In this document: in pieces, positions 1 through 14,029 of the stretch
Layout: the number at the start of each line of letters is the position of its first letter
How positions within the stretch are numbered: the first letter of the stretch is position 1
Origin: the human T2T-CHM13v2.0 reference genome, Homo sapiens
Length of the DNA stretch: 64,000 nucleotides
Direction: 5' to 3' (one strand)
Assembly: GCF_009914755.1 (NCBI RefSeq)
Contig: NC_060947.1
Position numbers and translations under genes: made by a program
Notes under the pieces: generated by a model
Told to the model about the DNA's origin: nothing
Seen by the model: the letters and a program-made list of their open reading frames with translations, nothing else
The model's database searches: none

Positions 1-3000
1 GAATCAAATTGACAATTTTGGTAAATATATCCTCACTTTGGTACTGATGCAAGTGGAAGGGCCTCTGTGGCATGACAGCTAGTACTTCAGAGAGGGGCTA
101 AATAGGTCCTTCATCTTGTCTCTGTATTTCTGCACCAACCTAGGAAAAGACCAAAGAGGCAAAACTGTGACCTTGCAAGGAGATAAATCCAGAGTTTCAT
201 TCACCCCACTGATTCCTGGCCCTCGCCCTTGCCCATTCTTCACACCTAACTCAGTATAAAGTGAGAGTTTTCATGCTCACTGAGGATCTTAGCGGGACAG
301 GAGCAAAGTGCCTTGTAGAATTGGAACACACAGGTAGGGAGAGGCAGTTCCTTAATGGGATACTATCAAATAATGAGTTTCATAAACAAATCCCATAAAA
401 TCAGTGAAACCCCCAAAATAAATTTGAAAATATTTGGATGTCTAAATTCTCTTTTAACCAATGGCAACATTGAGAACTGATTTCTTATTCTACCATTGTA
501 TAAACGCTCAATTTCGCTGGAAGTATGTTCTCATCTGATCTATATTCTACAACATTGATATCTCTTTTCATTCACTCTTAAGCCTATTTGGAGTAAAGAC
601 TGCCAACTGTGTCATATTAGCAGTGGCTGTGAAATGGACTATTTTCCACTAGTGGCTAAGATGAGACTAGAATATGGGAAATAAAGCTTGTTTTAAAAAT
701 TCAATTTGCAGTAGATGTGTATGAATAATTTATGTGTCCTTACTTTGTAACATAATAATTAGGGTACCATCAATTTATTATACAAAGTTAAAGTATGTTT
801 AATGATACCATTTATCTGTACATTTAAAATTAAAATATAAATCAAAGGTATTATTAAATATAACTTTACCTACGTTTCAAAGTCCATGGGTTATTTTATT
901 CCAATGTTCCTAATCTCTTCATTCAGCTAAAAAAAGAGGAGACTCTAAGAAGTGACATGATAAATAATTTAAAGCATAACATTTTATGCCATAATCCTGA
1001 CAAGAGAAGTAAAAGACGATGTAAAGTGGCAGAGGTTCTAAATTGCTGAAAAGGTATTAGAATTATTTTCTGAAGTTTTGGTGCATGAAAGAGAAAGTTA
1101 TGCTTATCGATGCTTTGTAATTAAAAGATTAAGAAAGATTCAAAATTGATAATGGTTCTGTTGATTTGTAATGAATTCATAGGATCACTGTTGTGTCTGC
1201 AGCTTGTGACCATGACAAGAAAAAGAGAAACAAATTTGAGTCCTGGATGTCACATAAGGAGATTGACTCAGAGGACCTGAGAATGTATGTCTGCAGTGAT
1301 TCATGATGGAGTGGCAATACTAGGAAGAGGTGAATGAAAAATATCAAGATCCAAATCCATACTTTCTTCTGTAAAATATTGTATTTTATACCCAGCATTT
1401 TCACTAAATGTGTCTGATTATTATTTTTAGCTTATTAATGATACTACAATAGTAGCTAGTTGGTATTTATCTCCAAGGCATTCTAAACACTTTGCAGGCA
1501 CTTCTTTATTATTCTGCACCATATCCTTGTCAGGTGACAATATTCATCACCCTCTCCTCTCAAGACAATGGGAGAGAAAAACAGAGATAGCAAACAAGGA
1601 ACAGATGAATAGCAGAACCAGGATTTTAAAAACAGCAACAGAAAAATTTCTCAGATTTTCTGATTTCTACTCTAGTATATTCTGCATGAAGCTTTGCTAC
1701 TTTGCTTCAGTGTATATGATCTAAAACCACCAGCATGTAGTAAAAATCCAACACAGTAAAATTTTATTTTTTGAAAGTTAATTCTTGATGTTTTTGACAA
1801 GTGCGAGTTTTCTTTGGTACCTTCATGGGAGGTGAATAACAGTTACCCAGATCCCTGAGATGTTGTTTTATATTATAAGAAGTGCTGATTCATATTGGGG
1901 TGGGTGTGAAGCTAGGGTTGGGGGCAGTTCTTATCACAGGCTGCCCCCATATAAATGACTTATGACATTTTTAACTTAAGCTGCCCAAAGTGGGTACTTT
2001 TAAAGAGTAGGGGCTTTGAAACTTTGTTAAAAGATCTTTGTTTTAAAATTCTGAGCAGATTACAAGGCCATCTGTCCATGATATGAAGTGATAAATAAAT
2101 CTACCCCTTGTGTTTCTTCTTGTTCTGTAACAATGCTTTCTAGTAAAACACAATGCTTTTTGGATTAAAATATCAGCTACTGAGCATGGCTAAGGAAAAT
2201 AATGTTCTGGTTAATCCAGACTTCTTGTTAATAAAAAGTCACCAGGCCTATGACTATTTTCAAATACTAACAAAGACAGCAGTACCAGATAGTTGACAGT
2301 AAATTGATATTAAAGATACTTAAAATTTTCTCCTTCAATTAGAAGGTGCTACACAATCACACAGTGTTGCCAGGGCATCTTAATGAAGAGAGTTTTCCTT
2401 GTGCCACAAATGAGCTGAAGTGACAGCTGACAGTTCAATTGCTAGAACTCTGTATAAGAGGTTTGATGTAGAAACACACAGCAATAATTCATTGCCTTAT
2501 GGAGAAGCCTTTCTTTAAAACTGGCCCCAACTTCTCAGTGTCTTAAAAGCACTCATGTCAAAATTGGAAACCTTAACCTATAGCATTGCTATGTGAATTC
2601 CAAGTCCAATTTAAAGCATCATTGTAGAGACATTATTGGCTCCTGATGTAGCAAAACCATTTCCCTAAGTATCACATGCTTTTTTACACTCTGAATTGCT
2701 GCTTCTTTTTGTTCTATGATTGGGATTTTCTTTTATTATAATGCAAAGGATTTTCTTCTTTTAGTGATAAAAGCCCAAACTGCAATCAATTGATTTAGAA
2801 GACTGTTTATAACTGACGTTACCTTTCTAGCAAATGTGCTGATGCTTAGTGATATCTGACTTTCCTTTGACAGGGTGATTCTTGGTGATTATAAAAATAA
2901 ATAAATATTGACTTCCTTTCTTTGAGGGTGACAGAGGTTTTTCAGTCTGAGGCTTAGTTTTTTCCTGCTTTCTTCAGAAACCCAAGCTGATGGAAGAGTT

Positions 3001-3359
3001 GCTTGCCTCTCTAAGGAATAAAGCAAAGGTAAAGGGATTTAGCTGAGATATAAGTAGAAATTTTCTGACAATGTAGTAAAACATGGGAATTCATTTTGTT
3101 AAATAAAGCTGTGAAATATTAGACAGGGATCTCCCCTTCACCAAGAAGTCAATCAAGGCTTGAGATGGGAGAGGGGAATACCAGCACAACGTTATATCTG
3201 GTCTGTACTTCTCTTCTGATGCTTGATTCTGTCACTTTCTCGTGTCAGGCCTACATAGAGAAATGAGGAGGATGAAGAGAGAGGACAAGGTAACATATAC
3301 TATGTCCTCATGACTCTAGGTTTTGAAAACAAATACCTATGAAGCTCTGTCATTCCCAC

Positions 3360-4043
3360 TGAGGTAAATATAATATCCTTAGCCTGACATTTGAAGCACT
3401 TCACAATTTGGCACCAATCCATTTTTTCCAGGCCTCTCTCTCATTCATATTTTCTAGAGATGGTAGGACACAAATCATTGTACAGTCTCCTTATAAAATG
3501 CACCACAACTTTCTGCCATACACATTTACTCGGACTTAGACTTTTTGGCTCTCCCACTATTTTTTTTTTTTTTAACTTGAATCATACCGCTGTCCTCTCC
3601 TTCACTTAGTCGCTGCCATACTAGTCTCTTTTCTCTTCTTCTTTGTTGGACGTGCCCCTGCCTCAAGGCCTTTGCACTTCCTATTCGTTCTGCTTGCAAC
3701 ACTTTGTCGCAGATACAGGATGGGTTTATTCCCTCATTTCTTTAAGATCCTCCTCAAATCCCAAATTTCCAGTGAGGCCTTCCTTGACCTCCCTATTTCA
3801 AATTACCATCTTCCTGGACCACTCTGTATCACCTATCCTGCTTCACTCTTTTCATAAAGCTATTTTCCATTTTCTGCTGTATCATACCATTTGCTTACAT
3901 GTTACATTTCTTTTCTGTTCTCCACTGCCACCAGAATTTAAGTTCCATCCGCGAAGAGATTTTTGCCTATGTTCTTCATAGCATCTAGAAATAGGGTGTG
4001 ACTTGGTGCACTCAACAAATATTCAGTGAACAAATGAATTAAT
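3360..4043 (+). mobile_element. Degenerate LINE-2 (L2) 3' fragment
   Basis: L2-like body (cctcaaggcctttgcact..., gaggccttccttgacc) ending in an L2 tail-like CACTCAACAAATATTCAGTGAACAAATGAAT; boundaries approximate. Confidence 0.7.
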
Positions 4044-4298
4044 TGACGCTATGTTCTCTGCCTGAAATTTCCCCTTTTCATGTATATCTATCTTTTAAGC
4101 CACCCTCAGATGTCACCTCTTTCACGAAGCCTTCTCTGATTTCTTCCAACATTGCCTTTCCCTCCTGTGACTCTCCACAACGATTTCTTCTGTTCAAAGT
4201 GAACTTACTGAATTTTCACCTGTGGTGTGATGACCCATGAGTTTTCTTCTTGCTTCTGGTAAATATTCACTTCCCAAGGACAGCTCTTGTATTGTTAT

Positions 4299-4681
4299 TG
4301 TATTAGTCCATTTTCATGCTGCTATGAAGAAATATCTGAGACTGGGTAATTTATAAAGGAAAGAGGTTTAATTGACTCACAGTTCCACATGGCTGGGGAG
4401 GTCTCAGGAAACTTACAATCATGGTGCAAGGCAAAGGGGAAGCAAGGCACATCTTACATGGTGGCAGAAGAGAGAGAACCCACAAGGGAAACTGCCACTT
4501 CTAAAACCATTGGATCTCTAAGAACTCACTCACTATCATGAGAACAGCATGGAGGAAACCACCCCCTTAATCCAATTATTTCCCTCCTTCAACAAGTGGG
4601 GATTACAGGTCCCTCCCTTGACACGTGAGGATTACAATTCGAGATGAGATTTTGGTGGGGACACAGAGCCAAACCATATCA
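4299..4681 (-). mobile_element. Solo MaLR LTR (THE1D/MSTA-like)
   Basis: TGTATTAGTCC...CCAAACCATATCA termini; perfect 5-bp TSD GTTAT at 4294-4298 and 4682-4686. Confidence 0.93.
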
Positions 4682-6429
4682 GTTATCCATGCCCCTTTCA
4701 CAAGGACTTAACTTTAAAAGCTCATTTAATAGTTCTGCTTCTGGGATGGTAGCATAAGGAGCTCCACAGATCTGCTCCCTAGTGAAGCAAGCATAACTAA
4801 TGAAAACTAAAACCAAAAATAAATAAATAAATAAATCGGAAAATTGTCCTAAGGGCATACAGCAGGAAATATTTATTTAAAAATATCTAAAACTCAGTAA
4901 GAGCAGTTAGAATCTTTGGCCCTCGATTCGTGATCCACTTCCTCTTTCACCCCTCCCCAGCTCACCTTGATAGAAGCTTTACTCCAGGTGGATGTGGCCA
5001 AGAAATCAGGACTCCCTCTCTCCTCAGCTCCAAATCCAGGGATATGGTAATTTACTGGTAGGGGCAAGACACCAGCATTTCTTATCTGACCCAATTTGGA
5101 GTTGAAGATGCTGAATTCCTGGTGTGTGGCTGAGAATGGAGGGAGCCCTTCCTTCATCCAGCCCACATTCATAGGGTAGAAACTCTACACAAGGCATAGG
5201 AGAATTAGAATACTGGAGATGCAGCTACCCTTGCTCTAGCTCACTCGTAGGGCAGAGGTTCCATGCTGGGAGAGACAAGCTGAGATCAGAAGCTAACACT
5301 CCTGCCCAGTGCTTGGAGTATGGCTCAGAGATTTTGCTCACATGGAGAGGAGTCCATAAGAACAGACATTTCTGAAGCTTTCCCAAAAGACTTTATTGAA
5401 GCAGAGTGTGAAGAAGTTCAAGCCTAAAAGCCTCTTTAATCAAACAATGCAGATTTTCGTAGTTAACAAATAAGAGGATGGTAGCTCCTTTTATTTAAGA
5501 ACAGCAAGCAGAACCATAGCATAGCTAGTTCACTAGGGAAAAGCAAGGAAAGACACAGCTAAAAAGAGCCCTCTCGGGGTCAGAACAAACCTCAAAAGAC
5601 TGGCTCAAAAACTAGTCCTGCTCAAATTTAGCTGGATTAGGCTGTGGAGCAATGTTGAAAACAATAGAGAAATCAGCCCCAATTAGTGGAGCATAACAGC
5701 TGGATGTGATACTAAGGCACACAGCCTAACAGAGAGATTAGGGAAAGAGACTAAGAGAGCCCTGCTAAAATCACAGTCATTCCAGGACGACTGACTATAT
5801 GCCCAAGGTGGTATCCTCTGAAGAATGACACCAAAATCTACACACTATGAGAAAAAGAGCTTTCATTAAAATAGCCTAGCTAAGTCACAAAACAAACAAG
5901 CAAGTAAAAACAAAGACAAGCCTCAGAGAATGGAGAAGGGAATCAACATCTAGAGTTACAACAATGGATTGCCTAAAATGTCCAGGTTTCAACAAAAATT
6001 ACAAGATATGCAAAAAAGAAAAAAAACGGAAAGTGTTACCCATATGCAGGAGAAATAACACTGCAGGCAGCAGAAACTGCCTGGTAGATGGCGAAGTTGT
6101 TATATTTAACAGAGAAGCCTTCAGAAAAGCCAAAATAAATATGTTTAAATAAACTATGCTTCAATAAGTAAAGGAATCCCCATAAGATAAAAGCTGATTT
6201 TTCATCAGAAACAATGGAGGCCAGAGGCAGCAGGATTTAAAGTGTAGAAAGGAAAAAAAAAACCCTATCAATCAGGAATCACATATTCAACAAAACAGTC
6301 TTTCAAAAATGAAGGCAAAAAGAAAATATTCCAAGATGAACTAATAATGAGTTTGTTGCAAGAAGAGCCACTTTATGAGAAATACTAATTGAGATTCTTT
6401 AGTATGAAAGCAGGTGACCACACAATGTA

Positions 6430-7083
<654 letters not shown>

Positions 7084-7769
7084 TAATGTGAATCCACATG
7101 AAAAAACAAAGGTAATTATGTAATTTTTAAAGACAATATAAAAATATTTTCCTTTGTTCTCTTTACTGATTTAAAAAGCAATGGTATAAAGTCATTGTTA
7201 TTGCCTTATAACATATAGAAATGTAACATACTTTGCAATAACACAAATGAAGTGGGTAGGAGCAGTGTTGTATTAAAGTAAGAATATGGCACCAGATGGT
7301 AATTCAGATCCATGAGAACGGGTAAATAAGGTTAATAATACAAACTGTATAACATATATATTTCCTTTCCTTTCTTCTCTCAGCTTCTTTAGAAGACATA
7401 AAATTATATACAGTAATAATTATAACAATGCATTATTGGGTTTGTAACATAGATGTAATATGCATGACAATAATACAAAAATGGAGAAGAGGGAACAGAG
7501 CTATATAGGACTAGCATTCCTATATATCACTGGAATTATGTAAATATAAATCTGAAATAGATTCTCATAAGTTAAGATGTATTTGGCAAGCCCTAGAGCA
7601 ACCAGTAAGAAATAGTTCAAAAATATAATGAAGAACTCATAAAAGGAATTAAAATGTTGCACAGAAAACATTACTTAATGCAAAAGAAAGCAGTAAAGAA
7701 GGAATAGTGGAAGAAAAAGACATGAGACATATAGAAAGCAAAAAGTAAAATGGCAGATGTAAATCCAAC

Positions 7770-7772
<3 letters not shown>

Positions 7773-7807
<35 letters not shown>

Positions 7808-7822
7808 CACACATACACTCAC
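7773..7822. repeat. (CA)n microsatellite
   Basis: Direct reading of the ACACAC run. Confidence 0.95.
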
Positions 7823-7968
7823 ATTTTTGCTTCTGTCATTTTGGCCCTAGGGAAATAGGAGAACGATGAAAGTAGAAAAAAAGGAGGCCTAAATTGAAAA
7901 TTTGAACTTCTCTATGTCAATTTTCATTGCTGATGTATATACATTAGTCTGTGTACGCCAGTGGGTAA

Positions 7969-8117
7969 GTAGTATGCTATAGTGGAAAAACCATAGGCTT
8001 GGAAATAAGGCAGACAAGACCATAAACAAGTTACTTAATCATTCTAACTTCTAGTTTCCTCAACTACCAAAACGAGATGAAATAATTTACCTGGCAATGT
8101 TGTTGTGAAGATTCAAT
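7969..8117 (+). mobile_element. MIR fragment
   Basis: MIR core-like CAAGTTACTTAA...AGTTTCCTCA...GTTGTTGTGAAGATT. Confidence 0.7.
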
Positions 8118-8246
8118 CCGTGATTCCCAAACCTGGTTGATAATTGGAATCCACAAGTATTTAATGAAACTTAAATTTGCCTCCCAGTACAGATAGCAAA
8201 CTCCCTGGTCCCTCTTACAAAAAACCATCACTGTTGTCAGTTTCTT

Positions 8247-10152
<1,906 letters not shown>

Positions 10153-10180
10153 TTATGTAAAAATGAACAAATTGTATTTT

Positions 10181-10477
10181 GTTTTTATTTATTTATTTAT
10201 TTGATGGTCTTGCTCTGTCACCCGGGCTGGAGTGCAGTGGTGCAATCATAGCTCATGGCAGCCTTGACCTCCTAGGCCTCTAGTGATCCTCCCGCCTCAG
10301 CCTCTCAAGTAGCTGGGACCAAAGGTGTTAGCCACCATGCCCAGCTATTTTTTAAATTTTTTGTAGAGACTGGGTCTCACTAGGTTGCCCAGGTTGGTCT
10401 CAAACTCCTGGCCTCAAGTGATCCACCTCAGCCTCCCAAAGGACTGGGATTATGGGCATGAGCCACCACACCCAGCT
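10181..10477 (-). mobile_element. AluJ
   Basis: Diverged Alu; TSD AAATTGTATTTT at 10169-10180 and 10478-10489. Confidence 0.93.
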
Positions 10478-10499
10478 AAATTGTATTTTAAAATTAATT

Positions 10500-11945
10500 T
10501 TAATTGTTTTTGAAGAGGAAATGTACTGATATGGTTTGAGAAAAGAAAAATGAAAGTATAAAATGTACTCAGTGAAATAACTCCCTTCTATCTCTACCTA
10601 GTGCAACCCTCTCCCAACAGGTAAATAATATGATAAATTTCATGCATATTTTTCCAACCAAATACATATTATTCTTCTCCTCAACTTTTTTTTACACAAA
10701 TAGAAGCATCCTATGCATGTTGTTCTGCAACCTGTGCTTCTCCTTTAACACTACACCTTGCAGGTACTTCTATATCAGTACATAGAGTTTCCTCATTTAT
10801 TTTTCAAGCTGAATAGCACTTCATCATATGGATGTTTCATAGTTCATTTAATCAATGTCCTAATGATAGATAACTAAGTTGCTTTTTGATCAAAGCAAGC
10901 ATTTGTTAAATGGAAAGTAACAGATGCACATAGTGAATATTTCTAAGTGTAAAGTGAATTGTCTTAGTTATTCGTGCAGTAATGCTTTGTAACAACCCCC
11001 TCCTCCCAACACAAGGTATAAGTGGCACATAACAATAAATATTTATATTTCTTGCTCACAGGTCTGTAAGTCCTTTGGGGTTTAACTGAGCTCATTTGGG
11101 CTTGGCCTAAAGCTATGGGTTGCTTTCTGATGTGCACCAATATCTCATCATTCTCCTTGGACCTGGAGCTATCCAGGACTATTGGTGGATGGCAAAAGTA
11201 CGAGAGGCCAAGCTGCTAACATCAAGTCTGCTAATATTTCTTTGGTCAACTCTAGTGGAGTGGGAGGTATTCAAAGTCTCAAGTTAAAGAGTGTAAATAT
11301 ACAATTTTTTCATAGTGATGGTGTGAAGAACTAGAAACAATAATCTAATGTCCCACATAATACATAATGAAACATAAATTGGCCTCTCACTCCCACATTG
11401 CCAATCACCTCCCCTTCCAACAAACAACCATTATTATCAGTTTCTTGAGTATTCACCCAGAAATACCTTTGTATATATGAGTATGTATATATCTACAATT
11501 TTAATAGATGTTGTCACTTTGCTCTCCAGTGTGGTTGCACTAGTTGACATTCTAGATAACTGAATGAGAATGTCTATTTCTTCACATGCTTTCCTACATT
11601 GTATGCTATCAAATATTTATTCTTTGCCATTATGGTCTAGGTTGCAGTTACTTCTCAATTTATGTGTGCCCATTTGCATTGTTTAAACATGTAGTATCTA
11701 TTCATGTCATTTGCCTATTTTTCTATTGGGTTGATTTTGTTTTCCCCAATTGATTTGTAAGAACCCTTTATATAATTTTCCCTTTGTTTAAGGAATTTCA
11801 GTTTTTCTCTCAATTTATAATTTGCCTTTTGACCTTGTGTATGGTGTTTTTTTCTTTGCAGAAATTTGTACATAGTAAAAAGTATCAATCTTTTTCTTTT
11901 TGGCTTATGGATTTTGAGTTTTGCTTAGAAAATTGTTCTCCACCT
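10500..11945 (-). mobile_element. Old L1ME-like fragments with a nested MLT1-type LTR (~10960-11355)
   Basis: L1M 3' motifs (GCTCTCCAGTGTGGTTGCACTAG, TTTGCCTATTTTTCTATTGGG) and MLT1-like ATTTATATTTCTTGCTCACAGGTCTG; highly diverged. Confidence 0.55.
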
Positions 11946-12674
11946 GTGGAAGTCCACTCCTTGAGATTCTGATTTAACAGATCTGAGGCATTGTCCCAGG
12001 AGTCTTTAACAAGATGCTAAACCAGTAATTTTGGCCATCAGCCTGGTCTAGGAACATGGATGATATAAAATCAAGTATGTAAGGTACCTGGCATGCAGTA
12101 GACACAGAATAACTGTTTGTAGTCTGGTCTCTCCCCTTCCTATCCTAAGAGGCTACTTTGAGATTTACCTTGTGCAGAGAGAATAAAGCTCAGCATACTT
12201 TTTATTTACTTTTTTTTTTTGCAAAGCTATTTATCCCAATTGATAACATTTTTAAAAAGTTTGGCCTTTCTAAATGGTTACCAGCTCTTCTCACCATTAA
12301 TCATGAGAATATATCAAGTGCCCAAGATTTGGCAAACTATGTAAAGTTCTGTTCTTAATATTATTAGGAAGATGATATACTAACTCTACTCTAGTGGGCC
12401 ATGGGAATTGATGTATTTCTTCAGAAGCAGTAATTATTTCATGTAACCTAGGGCATTTTTGCCAAAAAGGCCATCTGTAGGTAGGGGCACTAACCATAAT
12501 TTGATCAAACTTGGTCATGAAATAGATTGGGTCTAATTGCCCTAAGCAGATATGACCCTGGCCTTGTTCTTGGTGCTTATCATATGACAAGATTTCATTA
12601 TTAGCAATTGGGATAATTACACTCACTGCTTCTTTTCCTTTCCTGGGCTAGGCAGAATTGAAAGATTTTCTTGA

Positions 12675-12830
12675 AAAGCCTTCTCAAGTGTTAATGTGCA
12701 TACAAAGTTACCTGGGGATCTTGTTAAAGTGCAGATTCTGGAACAGTAGGTCTGGGGTGGGGCCTGAGACTGCATTTCTATCAAGGTCACAAGTGCTGCT
12801 GGTCCATGGAAAACACTTTGAGAAACAAGG
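12675..12830. mobile_element. MER5A-type hAT-Charlie MITE
   Basis: ACCTGGGGATCTTGTTAAAGTGCAGATTCTG...GGTCTGGGGTGGGGCCTGAGACTGCATTTCT. Confidence 0.85.
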
Positions 12831-13308
12831 TGCTAGACCATGAGGTCTCACCCAGTCTTTTCTAAAAGTTCACTGGTTCCTTCCTCATTTTCTTGGCATC
12901 TTATTCCTCTTTGGATTCTTTATGCTTACTTTCCTGAACTCCTTTAAGATCACTTTTAAAACCATAAAACAGACTGGTATGATTGGCCAAACAAGCAGCT
13001 CTCTTTGATGAATACCAAGAGCCCATCCCCCATCCAGAAAAAAAAATCCATTGATCTACCATGGTGCGTTAAGTTTCCAATTCTCGGGAGTCTTCTTAAA
13101 GTTTCTGGTGAAGGGTGATGTAACCCAGGAAAGTTTAGTCATACTAGTCAGGCATTAATCAGACTGGAGCACCAACCATCCTCAGCAGACAGAGTACTGA
13201 AAAAATGGTAGGTACACAAAGGAGTAAGTTTTGATAGGGTAGGAGGTACAGAACTTGATACATAAAAGCACTGGGTATTAGAGTGAAATTGGGTCAAATT
13301 GGTTGTAT

Positions 13309-13348
13309 GTGCCACTGCATTCCAGTCTAGGTGACAGAGCGAGACCCT
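13309..13348 (+). mobile_element. 40-bp Alu 3'-end fragment lacking a poly(A) tail
   Basis: GTGCCACTGCATTCCAGTCTAGGTGACAGAGCGAGACCCT matches the end of the Alu right arm. Confidence 0.8.
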
Positions 13349-13384
13349 AGATATAGAAAGATGATGAAACGAGAAACCAACAGG

Positions 13385-13896
13385 ACAGGAAGAGGTTTGT
13401 TTTTATTTTAAATGTATTGTCTACTTGATGATTTGCCTAGGGATCTTATTGGCTAGGATCCTGAATGAGCTCCCCTCACTCTGACTGCTGGCTCCTTAAC
13501 ACCCCAATGTAAGTGAAGGGTCCCGTGGCTTGATCAAATGGTCTCATCCATGGACAGCCCTGCTGGTCAGCTAAGGCCCAGGGTCCGGGGGCTAGTGCCA
13601 TGCTAAAGGCCAGACTGGAGGTGCCAGGGATCCAACCAGAAAGGAAAGACTTGACCAGGTGGTGTCCTTCCACCAAGGGGCCACCCCGTGTTGCTGCCTG
13701 CCGTACCCAGCTGGTTGGAAGCACCTGGCAGTTGGCATTGAGGACCACTAACAGTAAAGTAGGTGCGGAGGGGGTTGGCGGGAGGTGGTAGTGAAGGTTG
13801 CACAGGGCCAGCCGGCTAGCGTAGGGAAGTTTGCATGAGCTCCGTAGGCAAGGAGAAATGGAAAATTGGCTGGCTATCTCCCTTCAAAAGAATTGG
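13385..13896 (-). ncRNA. Candidate terminal exon of a minus-strand non-coding transcript
   Basis: Minus-strand acceptor (long U-tract then AACAG, AG at 13898-13897); AATAAA at 13407-13402 followed by U/GU-rich sequence; no credible ORF. Signal-based inference only. Confidence 0.4.
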
Positions 13897-14029
13897 CTGT
13901 TAAAAAAAAAAAAAAGAAAAAAGGAAAAACAGAAGCAGAAACGGCAGGACATCTTCTGTTTTAAAAATACAGACCATTTTCCCCCTCCCATGTATATAAA
14001 CAACGAAAACCAGGAGGGTAGCTTGGTAT

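Noticed and set aside
13541-13561. REST/RE1-like CCATGGACAGCCC
   Set aside because: Only a right half-site; the left half TTCAGCA is absent
13476-13748. 90-aa minus-strand ORF as a micropeptide or processed pseudogene
   Set aside because: Starts at GTG, resembles no protein I recognise, and has no poly(A)/TSD retrocopy signature
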